A stretch of DNA of 64,000 nt from Kineosporiaceae bacterium (GTDB taxonomy: Bacteria > Actinomycetota > Actinomycetes > Actinomycetales > JBBAYJ01). Position 1 is the stretch's first letter, and each line of letters opens with the position of its first letter. Below the pieces are notes generated by a model that made no database searches, was not told the DNA's origin, and saw only the letters and a program-made list of their open reading frames with translations. The stretch spans positions 14,502 to 78,501 of the forward strand of contig JBHJOJ010000022.1 in the NCBI GenBank assembly GCA_050329835.1, written 5' to 3'. This document shows positions 17,821-29,252 of this stretch, one piece after another. A program made the position numbers and the translations under genes.

Positions 17821-18122
17821 TCAGCCGCGCAACCAGACGCAGGCGTAGTGGGGGATGATCCTCGTGTTGAGATACCGGCCCGGGCTGCCCGCCTCGAGCA
17901 GGCCGTCCACCTCCTCGTACGGCACCTCGCGGTACCGGTACAGCGCACCCCGACGAACTCGACGTCGAGGTCCCTGGTCGCGGCGTCGTAGGCGACGGCT
18001 GCGACGACCGAGGAGGTCAGCGGAATCCGTTCCACCCGTGCCCGCTCCGTGTCCGGCACGTGCACAGCACACCACCGACCGCCCGTCAGGTCCAGGCGAG
18101 CGGGCCGCCGGGTCTGGGTCAC
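17821..18122 (-). pseudogene. KTSC-domain protein, frameshifted
   Basis: N-terminus (MTQTRRP...AVAYDAATRDLDVEFV) and C-terminus (ALYRYREVPYEEVDGLLEAGSPGRYLNTRIIPHY) are in frames 1 nt apart. The junction is at the C4 run 17948-17951. Total length is 302 nt. Confidence 0.7.
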
Positions 18123-18195
18123 GTGTCGAGGTTTTCGCCACGACGTCCCCCGGGAGGAAGCGGATCGGCGCCGGGAGCGGGCGACCCGCCGCCTT

Positions 18196-18235
18196 CTTCT
18201 TGACTGATTCCAGATTCGCGAGGAAGACTCGGCTC
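18196..18235 (+). promoter_or_regulatory. Putative furA promoter/operator
   Basis: Locally AT-rich tcTTGACTgattccagattcgcgaggAAGACT just upstream of the furA GTG. It resembles my recollection of the mycobacterial furA promoter/FurA box. Confidence 0.4.
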
Positions 18236-20945
<2,710 letters not shown>

Positions 20946-20970
20946 GCCCTCGCCGCTGACCCGCTACCCG

Positions 20971-21029
20971 CGGAACTCCACCATCCGCACGGTCGCTCCT
21001 CTGGCGATCATGCGGATGGTGGAGTTCCG
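20971..21029. terminator. Perfect 19-bp inverted repeat between the convergent katG and ddn-like genes
   Basis: cggaactccaccatccgca (20971-20989) is the reverse complement of tgcggatggtggagttccg (21011-21029), with a 21-nt loop. No U-tract. Confidence 0.55.
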
Positions 21030-21059
21030 TGGACCGGCCGGTCCCAGGGCCGCGCCCGG

Positions 21060-21512
21060 TCAGGCCCCCGACGACTCGGCGCGGGTGAGGACGAGGACGG
21101 GGATGATCCGGTCGGTGCGGCGCTCGTAGTCCGCGAACCCGGGCATCGCTGCCGTGATCTCGGACCACAGGCGCTCGCGCTCCGAGCCCTGCGCCTCGGC
21201 GACGTCCACGGTGAACGTCTCGGTCCCGACCTCGACGCGCACCCGCGGGTGCGCCATGAGGTTGCGGTACCAGTCGGGGTGGGTGGGTGCCCCGGCCTTC
21301 GACGCCACGATGACGAGTCGGTCGCCGTCGGGGTGCCAGACCAGGGGAGTCACGCGCTCGGTGCCGGTCCGGGCCCCGACGTGGTGGACCAGGATCATCC
21401 GCGCGCCCTCGAAGGGCCCGCCGACCCGGCCGCCGTTGGCACGGAACTCCTCGATCACCCGGGCGTTGAACTCGCTCACCGGGACGACAACCGCAGAGCC
21501 GGCCACGGTCAT
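21060..21512 (-). CDS. Deazaflavin (F420)-dependent nitroreductase-family oxidoreductase (Ddn-like)
   Basis: 150 aa. Motifs FNARVIEEFRANGGRVGG, GARTGTERVTPL, VIVASKAGAPTHPDWYRNL. Confidence 0.85.
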   Translation of the reverse strand: MTVAGSAVVVPVSEFNARVIEEFRANGGRVGGPFEGARMILVHHVGARTGTERVTPLVWHPDGDRLVIVASKAGAPTHPDWYRNLMAHPRVRVEVGTETFTVDVAEAQGSERERLWSEITAAMPGFADYERRTDRIIPVLVLTRAESSGA

Positions 21513-22270
21513 TCCGTCGGTCGTCCGGCGTGGCGTTCATCGTCCGGACATCTCGGGCTGTTAGACAGGCACAGAGGCAGGGCCCCCGCAGATACGAGCT
21601 GCAGGGACCCTGCCCGTTGTGCGACGCGGACCGTCGGCCGGCGAACCGGCCGCGCGGCCAGCGGGGTGACGCCCGCTCCCCGGGTGAGGTGCCGGCGGCC
21701 GAAGCCACCGGTCGTCTTCCCGAAGAACGCCTCGCCCGGTGCAGAGTGCACGCGCTCCCGCCGCCCCGTCACGGATGGCGCCTCCCGGCGAACCGGGGGG
21801 TGTGGACCGCTGCGTCCTCGGACCGTCCACTCCGACCTGCGGTGAAGGTCTTGGAGCCGATCTCTCGGGTCTCCGCCTCCCCACCGCCTGTCTCGGTGTG
21901 AGGAGGACTCTGCTCCCCCCGCGAGGGCGCCGCAAGCGATTCCCGGCAGGCCGTCGACCAGCGCTGTCCTCCGGTTCGGGCCCCGCCCTGTGCGCGAAAG
22001 GGCATCCGGCTGTGGATCCGTTGTGGACGAGCGCTCCTGGTGGCCACGTCATCCTTGCCGTGACATGTGGGCGACGGTTGTCCACAGCCTGTCGACAAGG
22101 ATCCGGAGACACCGTCACCAACGTCTCGCATCGTGAGAAGCGCCCGGGGAGGCGGGATCCCGGACGCCCGCGTCGGGCGTCCACGTGCCAGGCCAGAGCG
22201 GCCACCACGTCGTCCCACCCCGTGGTGTACCCGGCCCGCGTCTCCTCGCTGACGTCGAAGGGCACCCGGA

Positions 22271-24379
22271 TCAGGCGTCCCGCAGCCCCAGCCACACGCC
22301 GTCCCTGGCCCGGGAGACGGCGACGTGGAGCAGCCGGCGTTCGTACTCGCACCGTTCGGCGTGGGCCTCGGCCGACTCGCCCTCCCGTCGGGGGCGGGGC
22401 AGGCGGTCGCGGTCCGGGATGCACACGTGGGAGAACTCCAGACCCTTGGACCGGTGGAAGGTCCCCACCTTGACCCGGTCGACCGGCACGCCGTCGTAGC
22501 CGCCGAGCCTGAGTACCGGCACGCCGCCACCGGCGAGGACGCCGCGCCAGTGTTCGGCGGAGGCGTTGGTGACCGTGAGCACCGCCATGTCCCCCCAGCG
22601 CACGCCGCCCTCGTGCAGCCGGCGCAGGTGCGCGAGCAGTCCCGCCCGCTGGTCGTCCGCGGTGGCGTGGCGTGCCTCGACCACGTCGCCGCCGGCGCGC
22701 TCCGCCTGCACCGCGCGCAGGCCGACCTCGCGTTCGGCGTCCAGGTCGTGGAAGGCGTCCTGGACCACGACGTTCAACGAGTACCGGAGGATCGCCTCGC
22801 GGTTGCGGTAGTTGGTGGTGAGGACCGTCGACCGCCCCTGCACGCTGAGACCGGCCTCGGCCAGCGTGAAGCCTCCCCGATAGATCGCCTGCTGGCCGTC
22901 CCCGACGAGCAGCAGGCCGTCCGGCGCGGTTCCGACCAGTGCGTGCAGCAGCCGCAGCCCCACGCAGCTGATGTCCTGGACCTCGTCGACGACGACGGCG
23001 TCGACGCGGTGGCCGGCCGGTTCCTCACGCACCAGGTCCAGGGCCGCCGTCAGCAGGTCGTGGAAGTCGACGACGCCGCGGTCGGCCTTCAGCTGCTCGT
23101 AGTGTTCGTACAGTCGCCACACGGCCCGCCGGTGCACCGGTTGGAGCGGAGTGGCTCGTCCCACCCGGGGCAGCGTGAGGTAGGTGTCGAGGTCCGGCAC
23201 CGCGCGGCCCTTGATGACATGGAGCACCTCGTCGTGCCAGTAGTCGACGCCGGTGTCCAGGTCGGCGAGCGGGGAGTCCCGGCCGACCCCGCCCCAGGCC
23301 CGGTTGAGCAACGTCCGGGGATCGACCGGGTCGAGATGGACGCCGTGGTCGGTGAGGATCTCGTAGGCCAGGGCGTGCACGGACGAGAAGCGCACCGACC
23401 CGGAGTCCGACGTCCGCAGCCTCGCGAACAGCGACTCCTGCACCCGGGCGAGGTTTCGGGTGTAGGAGGTCACGAGGACCCGCTTCCCACGGCCGGCCAG
23501 GTGCCCGGCGCGATGCAGCGCGACGACCGTCTTCCCGGTACCGGCGGCCCCGCGGATCCGCGCCGGGCCGGACCAGCTCCGGGCGATCAGGCGGGCCTGC
23601 GCCGGGTGGAGCCACGTCATCCACGACTCGACGGGTCCCTCCTGGGCGCGCGCGTAGATGACGGACCACAGGTCCTCGTCGTCCAGCAGGGCCAGCTGCG
23701 CCGGGTCGAGCCGCCGGCCGCGGTCGGCAGGCGGCCGAGCGGGGGCGGCGACGTCCATGGCGGGACAGCCCTCGTCCAGCGCCGCCTCCAGCACGGCCAC
23801 CTGCTCGCCCGTCAGTCGTGGGCCGCGGCTCAGGAGGAACCGGAGCAGGTCCCCGTCACCCAGCACGGTCACCCGGCGGACCGGTGCGGCCAGGCCACGG
23901 TGTCCCGTGACGACCAGCAGGGGCAGCACCGCAGTGGGCGCCAGGCCGGTGCCGGACAGCAGGTCGGCCACGGCGTCGGCCTGGGCGGCGACCGCTTGGA
24001 CGTCGTCGGTGGCGTCGGCGTCACCGTGGCGGAGCCGGCCGTCCTCGACGACCACGTCGTGCCAGTGCTTGACGTCGATGACGAACACCCCGCCTGCGCC
24101 GACGACGATCACGTCGATGTTGGCGCGCCGCGTTCCCGGCCATCGCCGGTCCGCCAGGACGCGCCACCCGGCCTCCGGCATCTGCACCAGGAGCCGGGCC
24201 ACCGCCTCCTCCGCCCGCCCCCCGACGTCCCAGGCTGCGGCCTCCCGGATCAGCCGCCGCTGCCGCGTCGTCAGGCAGGTGGCCAGGTCGCTCAGCCCGG
24301 CGCTCTCGCGGCGGAGCAGGGCGGCGTACGCGGAGGCGGACGACATGGCGGCGGAGGCGTGGGGTGCGTGCTCGACCAT
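22271..24379 (-). CDS. NERD-domain / UvrD-like SF1 helicase fusion
   Basis: N-terminal NERD-like block (ANIDVIVVGAGGVFVIDVKHW). Walker A GAAGTGKT, Walker B VVVDEVQD, C-terminal GTFHRSKGLEFSHV. ATG at 24379 with a GAGGA SD. The upstream 163 codons of the listed ORF are not coding-like. Confidence 0.8.
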   Translation of the reverse strand: MVEHAPHASAAMSSASAYAALLRRESAGLSDLATCLTTRQRRLIREAAAWDVGGRAEEAVARLLVQMPEAGWRVLADRRWPGTRRANIDVIVVGAGGVFVIDVKHWHDVVVEDGRLRHGDADATDDVQAVAAQADAVADLLSGTGLAPTAVLPLLVVTGHRGLAAPVRRVTVLGDGDLLRFLLSRGPRLTGEQVAVLEAALDEGCPAMDVAAPARPPADRGRRLDPAQLALLDDEDLWSVIYARAQEGPVESWMTWLHPAQARLIARSWSGPARIRGAAGTGKTVVALHRAGHLAGRGKRVLVTSYTRNLARVQESLFARLRTSDSGSVRFSSVHALAYEILTDHGVHLDPVDPRTLLNRAWGGVGRDSPLADLDTGVDYWHDEVLHVIKGRAVPDLDTYLTLPRVGRATPLQPVHRRAVWRLYEHYEQLKADRGVVDFHDLLTAALDLVREEPAGHRVDAVVVDEVQDISCVGLRLLHALVGTAPDGLLLVGDGQQAIYRGGFTLAEAGLSVQGRSTVLTTNYRNREAILRYSLNVVVQDAFHDLDAEREVGLRAVQAERAGGDVVEARHATADDQRAGLLAHLRRLHEGGVRWGDMAVLTVTNASAEHWRGVLAGGGVPVLRLGGYDGVPVDRVKVGTFHRSKGLEFSHVCIPDRDRLPRPRREGESAEAHAERCEYERRLLHVAVSRARDGVWLGLRDA

Positions 24380-24554
24380 CTCGTCCTCGCTCCCGGAACC
24401 CTGACCAGGGGTTCCGCTGTCCAGTATCGGCACGTACCGGACATCGCTGGAGGTCGCGAGGGGATCTTGCCCGTCGGTGTCCCGTCGTTCACCCGGACGG
24501 GCACCGACCGGCCGCCGGCGTCGAGCGGCGGGCCGTCGCGAGCAGGAGGCCCTC

Positions 24555-24716
24555 GTGCTGGTCGCCGTGGCGCGGCGCTCGGGCCGCAGCATCCGCCCCG
24601 AGGGCCGGGCGTGGCTGCGGGCCGCCGTCCGGGCCTGCGCGGACGGGCCGAGGCTGCTCGGTGTGCACGTCATCACGCCGGAGGGCTCGCGGGAGGTACC
24701 GGCGCAGGATGTCTGA
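24555..24716 (+). CDS. Possible small protein (53 aa)
   Basis: GTG preceded by AGGAGG at 6 nt. GC3 becomes high only downstream of this start. No family recognised. Confidence 0.3.
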   Translation: MLVAVARRSGRSIRPEGRAWLRAAVRACADGPRLLGVHVITPEGSREVPAQDV

Positions 24717-24860
24717 GCTGGAGTGATACACCCCGGATGGGGGTGATCGCCGTCCGGTGCCAGGGGCTCGTCGACGGCAGGTCGGCCAGCCGGTTCCCCC
24801 AGTTTGGTCACGGTGCGGTTACGATGCCGCGTCCGTCGCACCCGACCAGGAAGATCGCTC

Positions 24861-25874
24861 GTGCCCAAAGGCCGTCACGCCGCCGAGCCCGTCCGGCGAC
24901 CCCTGCTGCGATCCCTGCCACCGCTGCGATCCCTGCCCTCCCTGCCGCGGGGCCTGTCGCGCCCGCTGCCGCGGCCCCTGCCGCGCCCGCTCGTCCTGGG
25001 CGGCACGGGGATCGCCGCGGCGGCCGTCGGGGGGACCGTGCTCGCGTTCTCCCTCGGTGCCGTCGGGCCGTTCCCGGGCACCGGGGGCGGGACCGTCCAG
25101 CCGGTCGCCGCCGATGCCGGCGTCTCCTCCCCGGACTCCGCCGTGGACACCGACTCCCTCGTCGCGGCCTTCGAGGCCCGTGAGCTCGCCCAGGCCAGCC
25201 GGGGTGCGGCCCGCTCGGCGCCGCCGACCCCTGCGGCGAGTCCCGCGCCCGCGGAGTCGACCGCCCCGGCCCCGGAGCCGCCGCCCGTGCCCGCGGTCGT
25301 CGGGCAGCTGTGGGTCACCACCGACGTCAACGTCCGCTCCGGCCCGTCCTCGGACACCGAACGCATCGGCAGCCTGGCCGCCCTCACGCAGGTCGACGTG
25401 ACCGGCGCCGCCGAGAACGGCTGGGCGCAGGTCGTGGTCGAGGGAGCGGCCGGCTGGGTCAACTCCTCCTACCTCTCGGAGTCCGAGCCCTCGCCCGAGC
25501 CGGCGGGGGTGTCCGGCGCCGACTGCCCCATCAGTTCGGACATCGAGTCGAACCTCACCGCGAACGCCGTGGCGGTCTACCGGGCGGTGTGCGCCGCCTT
25601 CGGCGACACCGTCTCGTCCTTCGGGGGGTACCGCCCCGGGGACGACGGCGATCACGGCAGCGGTCACGCCGTGGACGTCATGGTGTCCGGCGAGCCCGGA
25701 TGGGAGATCGCCCGCTACGTCCAGGCCAACGCCGCCGAGCTGAACGTCACGTACATCATCTACGAGCAGCAGATCTGGATGGCCGGCGACCCCGCGAGCG
25801 CGTGGGAGTGGATGGAGGACCGCGGCGGAGCCACCGCCAACCACTACGACCACGTGCACATCAGCGTCTCCTGA
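24861..25874 (+). CDS. Secreted/membrane-anchored SH3b protein with a conserved actinobacterial C-terminal domain
   Basis: N-terminal TM segment, Pro/Ala linker, SH3b (VNVRSGPSSDTERIGSLAALTQVDV...GWAQV) and C-terminal GDHGSGHAVDVMV...HYDHVHISV. GTG start with an AGGAAG SD. Confidence 0.75.
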   Translation: MPKGRHAAEPVRRPLLRSLPPLRSLPSLPRGLSRPLPRPLPRPLVLGGTGIAAAAVGGTVLAFSLGAVGPFPGTGGGTVQPVAADAGVSSPDSAVDTDSLVAAFEARELAQASRGAARSAPPTPAASPAPAESTAPAPEPPPVPAVVGQLWVTTDVNVRSGPSSDTERIGSLAALTQVDVTGAAENGWAQVVVEGAAGWVNSSYLSESEPSPEPAGVSGADCPISSDIESNLTANAVAVYRAVCAAFGDTVSSFGGYRPGDDGDHGSGHAVDVMVSGEPGWEIARYVQANAAELNVTYIIYEQQIWMAGDPASAWEWMEDRGGATANHYDHVHISVS

Positions 25875-25911
25875 GGCGTACCGACGTCGGGGGGTCCATC
25901 CGGGTCCCGCG

Positions 25912-27381
25912 TCAGGCGTACAGGTCGGCGGTCGTCACCAGCCGGACGTCGGCGCGCCGGGTCGCCTCGCCGGCGAGCCCGGAGTCGAAGCCGGCGCCGC
26001 TGCACAGCACGAACCCGGTGGACCGGGTGTCGTAGCGCTCGCCCCCGGCCACGACCTCCCGGATCCGCTCCAGCCGGGCCAGGTCCCCGAGCCCCATGAC
26101 CCGGCCCAGCTTCGCCTCGCCGATCGCCAGCAGCGGCGGCCGCCGGCCGGGATCCCCGACCCCGACGACGGCCAGGTCGACCTCGTGCGTCGTCCGCCGG
26201 GACGGGTCGTTGACGACCCCGTGGGCGACCCGCGCCACGGGATGCGGGTCCCAGGCGTCGCCGGTCGCCGCCCACTCCCGGCACAGCCGCTCGAAGTGCG
26301 GGCCGAGCACCTGCGCCCGGAAGCGCTCGCCGGCGGTCCGCCAGACGCGCTCGCCGACTCCCGGCCGCTCCAGTTGGCCCCACACCGGGCGCATGACGGC
26401 CTCGTAGAAGGCCACGAGCGGCTCAGTGATCCGGTAGGTCGACCGGTTGTCGCGGAAGGCGTCGGCCTCCCGCACCAGCAGGCCGGCGTCCTCCAGGACC
26501 GTCAACGGGTGCGCCAGGTCGCCGGACTTGCGCCCGAGGTATCCGGCGATGCCCCCGCGGGTGGTGTTGCCCGAGGCGACCGCGGCGAGCACGGAGTGGT
26601 AGAGCGCCGCGTCGCGGGTGTCGGTTTCCTCGGCCAGCAGGTAGCGCGCCTCGCGGAACAGCGGGCTCGCCGGGTCCAGGACCGTCCGGACCACCCAGGG
26701 ATCGAAGTCGTCCGGCCCGGACGGCGCGTCCCCGCGCACGAACTCGCGGCGGTACGCCGGCGTCCCGCCCACGACGGCGTGGACCCGCATCGCCAGGCTC
26801 GGGTCGGTGAGTCCCCAGAAGTCCGCCGCCGTTCGGTGGTCGAAGGGGTGGACCACGAGCTCCAGGCCGGCGCGGCCCCGCAACGGCGCGTTCCCGGACA
26901 GCAGACGGCCCATCACCGACATCGCCGAGCCGCACAGCAGCAGCCGGGTCCGCGATCGCAGGCGTTCCGACCGGCGCGGGCCGAACGCGTCCTGGATCAC
27001 CGACGGGAGCGACGGGCTCGAGCGGACCAGGTAGGGGAACTCGTCGAGCACCACGGGGACCGGGCGGTCCCGGCCCAGGGCCAGGAGAACGTCGAGGACC
27101 TCGGTCCAGGTCTCCAGCCGCAACGGCGTCGGGGAATCGAGATGACCGGTCAGGGCGGCCGACACCCGCCGGAGGGACTCCGCCTCGGCGGCCTCCGTGG
27201 CGCCGAGGTAGAACCCGCCGGCGGCGCGCGCGAGAGCGTCCAGCAGGAAACTCTTGCCCTGCCGACGCCGGCCCGACACCACGCCGAGAGTCGCGCCGAC
27301 ATGATCGTCGGTCACGAACGAGACCAGGCGCGACCACTCCAGTTCGCGGTCGAACATGTCTGTGGGGCGTTCCACCATCAC
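25912..27381 (-). CDS. AAA-type ATP-binding protein (ATPase plus DUF234-like C-terminal domain)
   Basis: Walker A SGRRRQGKSFLL and Walker B VVLDEFPYL, with a winged-helix-like middle region. Start is GTG 27381, ATG 27378 or ATG 27357. Confidence 0.8.
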   Translation of the reverse strand: MMVERPTDMFDRELEWSRLVSFVTDDHVGATLGVVSGRRRQGKSFLLDALARAAGGFYLGATEAAEAESLRRVSAALTGHLDSPTPLRLETWTEVLDVLLALGRDRPVPVVLDEFPYLVRSSPSLPSVIQDAFGPRRSERLRSRTRLLLCGSAMSVMGRLLSGNAPLRGRAGLELVVHPFDHRTAADFWGLTDPSLAMRVHAVVGGTPAYRREFVRGDAPSGPDDFDPWVVRTVLDPASPLFREARYLLAEETDTRDAALYHSVLAAVASGNTTRGGIAGYLGRKSGDLAHPLTVLEDAGLLVREADAFRDNRSTYRITEPLVAFYEAVMRPVWGQLERPGVGERVWRTAGERFRAQVLGPHFERLCREWAATGDAWDPHPVARVAHGVVNDPSRRTTHEVDLAVVGVGDPGRRPPLLAIGEAKLGRVMGLGDLARLERIREVVAGGERYDTRSTGFVLCSGAGFDSGLAGEATRRADVRLVTTADLYA

Positions 27382-27402
27382 CTCCGATCCGCATGATCGG
27401 AG
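27382..27402 (-). promoter_or_regulatory. Hairpin that includes the SD of the ATPase gene
   Basis: ctccgatc-cgcat-gatcggag forms a perfect 8-bp stem. On the minus strand the 3' arm supplies GGAGG directly before the start. A TATGAT-like -10 element lies just upstream in an AT-rich patch. Confidence 0.35.
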
Positions 27403-27461
27403 TTATCATAACCAGAGTTACGCAACCGCGACCGGGCCGCATCTCCGCCCGCCGAGGTCGC

Positions 27462-28655
27462 TCAGCCCGCCGCGACGACGGTCGCGCCGCCGTCCCGACC
27501 CGGTCCCGCCTCGGCGAACTGGGTCCGGTACAGCTCCGCGTAGCGCCCGCCGGCCGCCAGCAGCTCCTCGTGGCGCCCACGCTCGACGATCCGCCCGCCC
27601 TCGACGACGAGGATGGCGTCGGCCTCGCGCACCGTCGACAGCCGGTGCGCGATGACGACGGCGGTCCGCCCCTGCAGCGCCTCGGTCAGCGCCTCCTGGA
27701 CCGCTGCCTCGGACGTCGAGTCGAGGTGGGCGGTCGCCTCGTCGAGGATCACCACCCGGGGCCGGGCCAGCAGCAGCCGGGCGATCGTCAGCCGCTGGCG
27801 CTCGCCGCCGGACAGCCGGTACCCGCGCTCGCCCACCACGGTGTCGAGGCCGTCCGGCAGCGCCCGGACCAGCTCCGCCAGCCGCGCCCGCCGCAGCGCG
27901 TCCCACAGCTCCGCCTCGCCCGCGTCCGGAGCGGCCAGCAGCAGGTTGGCGCGCAGCGACTCGTGGAACAGGTGGCCGTCCTGGGTGACGAGGCCGAGCG
28001 TCTCCCGGATCGAGGCGAAGGTCAGGTCGCGGACGTCGACCCCGGACAGCCGGACCGAGCCGGAGTCGACGTCGTACAGCCGGGGCAGGAGCGAGGCGAT
28101 CGTGGACTTCCCCGCCCCGGACGAGCCGACCACGGCGACCACCGGCTCGGCCCGGAACGTCACGTCGTGGAGCACCTGCACACCGCCGCGGGTGTCGAGC
28201 GTCGCCACGTCCTCCAGGGAGGCCAGCGACACCTTGTCGGCCGACGGATAGGCGAACGACACGCCGTCGAACTCCACCGTCACCGGACCCGGCGGCACGG
28301 CGCGCGCCGTCCCGCGCTCGCGGACCAGGGGGACGAGGTCCAGCACCTCGAAGACCCGCTCGAAGCTCACCAGCGCGGACATGATGTCGACCCTGGCGTT
28401 GGCCAGCGCGGTGAGCGGGGCGTACAGCCGGGTGAGCAGCAGGGCGAGGGCCACCACGGACCCGGCGTCCAGCTGCCCCCGCAGCGCGAGGGCGCCGCCG
28501 AGCCCGTACACCAGCGCCAGGGCGAGCGACGACACGAGCACCAGTGACGTGATGAAGAGCCACTGGACCATCGCGGTGCGGATCCCGATGTCGCGGACCC
28601 GCCGGGCCCGGTGCGCGTACTCGGCGGACTCCCGGCGGCCCGAACCGGTGTCCGC
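27462..28655 (-). pseudogene. 5'-truncated ABC exporter (last TM helices plus NBD only)
   Basis: Complete NBD (GSSGAGKST, LSGGERQRL, VILDEATAHLD) but only ~125 aa of TMD. The frame is closed by an in-frame TGA at 28656-28658 and the N-terminal half is absent. Confidence 0.7.
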
Positions 28656-28734
28656 TCAGAGCGAAGCGTCCGGATGCCCCGGCATCGAGGGTGCCGGTCA
28701 CGGGAGTCGCGGACATCCGTCGTCGACTGACTTC

Positions 28735-28752
28735 TACAACCGTTGGGTTGTA
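28735..28752. promoter_or_regulatory. Candidate ArsR-family operator
   Basis: TACAACC-gttg-GGTTGTA, a perfect 7-bp inverted repeat in an AT-richer patch ~110 nt upstream of the arsR-like start. Confidence 0.45.
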
Positions 28753-28859
28753 TGTTGGTTTCGCTGGACGATGGCCGGCGTCGACCATCGGGAGGAGACC
28801 GACATGCGCGAGATGCGAGGTCCTGGCGGACCCGGCGCCGCCGCGCCAGAGGACCGGGG

Positions 28860-29252
28860 ATGAGGCCGGCCGGGTCGGAACGTGCCGACCGGGTCTTCCA
28901 CGCTCTGGCGGACCCGACCCGCCGGGACATCGTCGCCGTCGTGCTCCAGGCCGAGAGCTCGGTCTCCGGCCTCGCCCGCCGCTACCCCATGAGCGTCACC
29001 GCCGTCCAGAAGCACGTGGCCGTCCTCGAGCGCGCCGGGCTCGTGGCCAAACGCCGGCACGGCCGCGAGCAGCGCGTCTTCGGCCGGGTCGAGGACCTCC
29101 GCCACGCGCGGGGGCTGCTCGACGAGCTCGAGGCGCTGTGGCGCGGTCGCGTCGGGCGGATCGACGCGCTCCTCGCCGAGACGCCGGCGGACGCCCCCGG
29201 CGCTGTCCCGTCCGTCCACCACCCCACCGATCCCGAAGGAGCCCCCGCATGA
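28860..29252 (+). CDS. ArsR/SmtB-family transcriptional regulator
   Basis: FHALADPTRRDIVAVV...SVSGLARRYPMSVTAVQKHVAVLERAGLV. The internal ATG at 28860 has a GAGGA SD. Confidence 0.8.
   Translation: MRPAGSERADRVFHALADPTRRDIVAVVLQAESSVSGLARRYPMSVTAVQKHVAVLERAGLVAKRRHGREQRVFGRVEDLRHARGLLDELEALWRGRVGRIDALLAETPADAPGAVPSVHHPTDPEGAPA

Noticed and set aside
22008-22089. DnaA-box cluster as a replication origin
   Set aside because: Only one perfect and two partial boxes are present. There is no dnaA/dnaN, no AT-rich unwinding element and no further boxes nearby. Reported only as an unexplained motif cluster.
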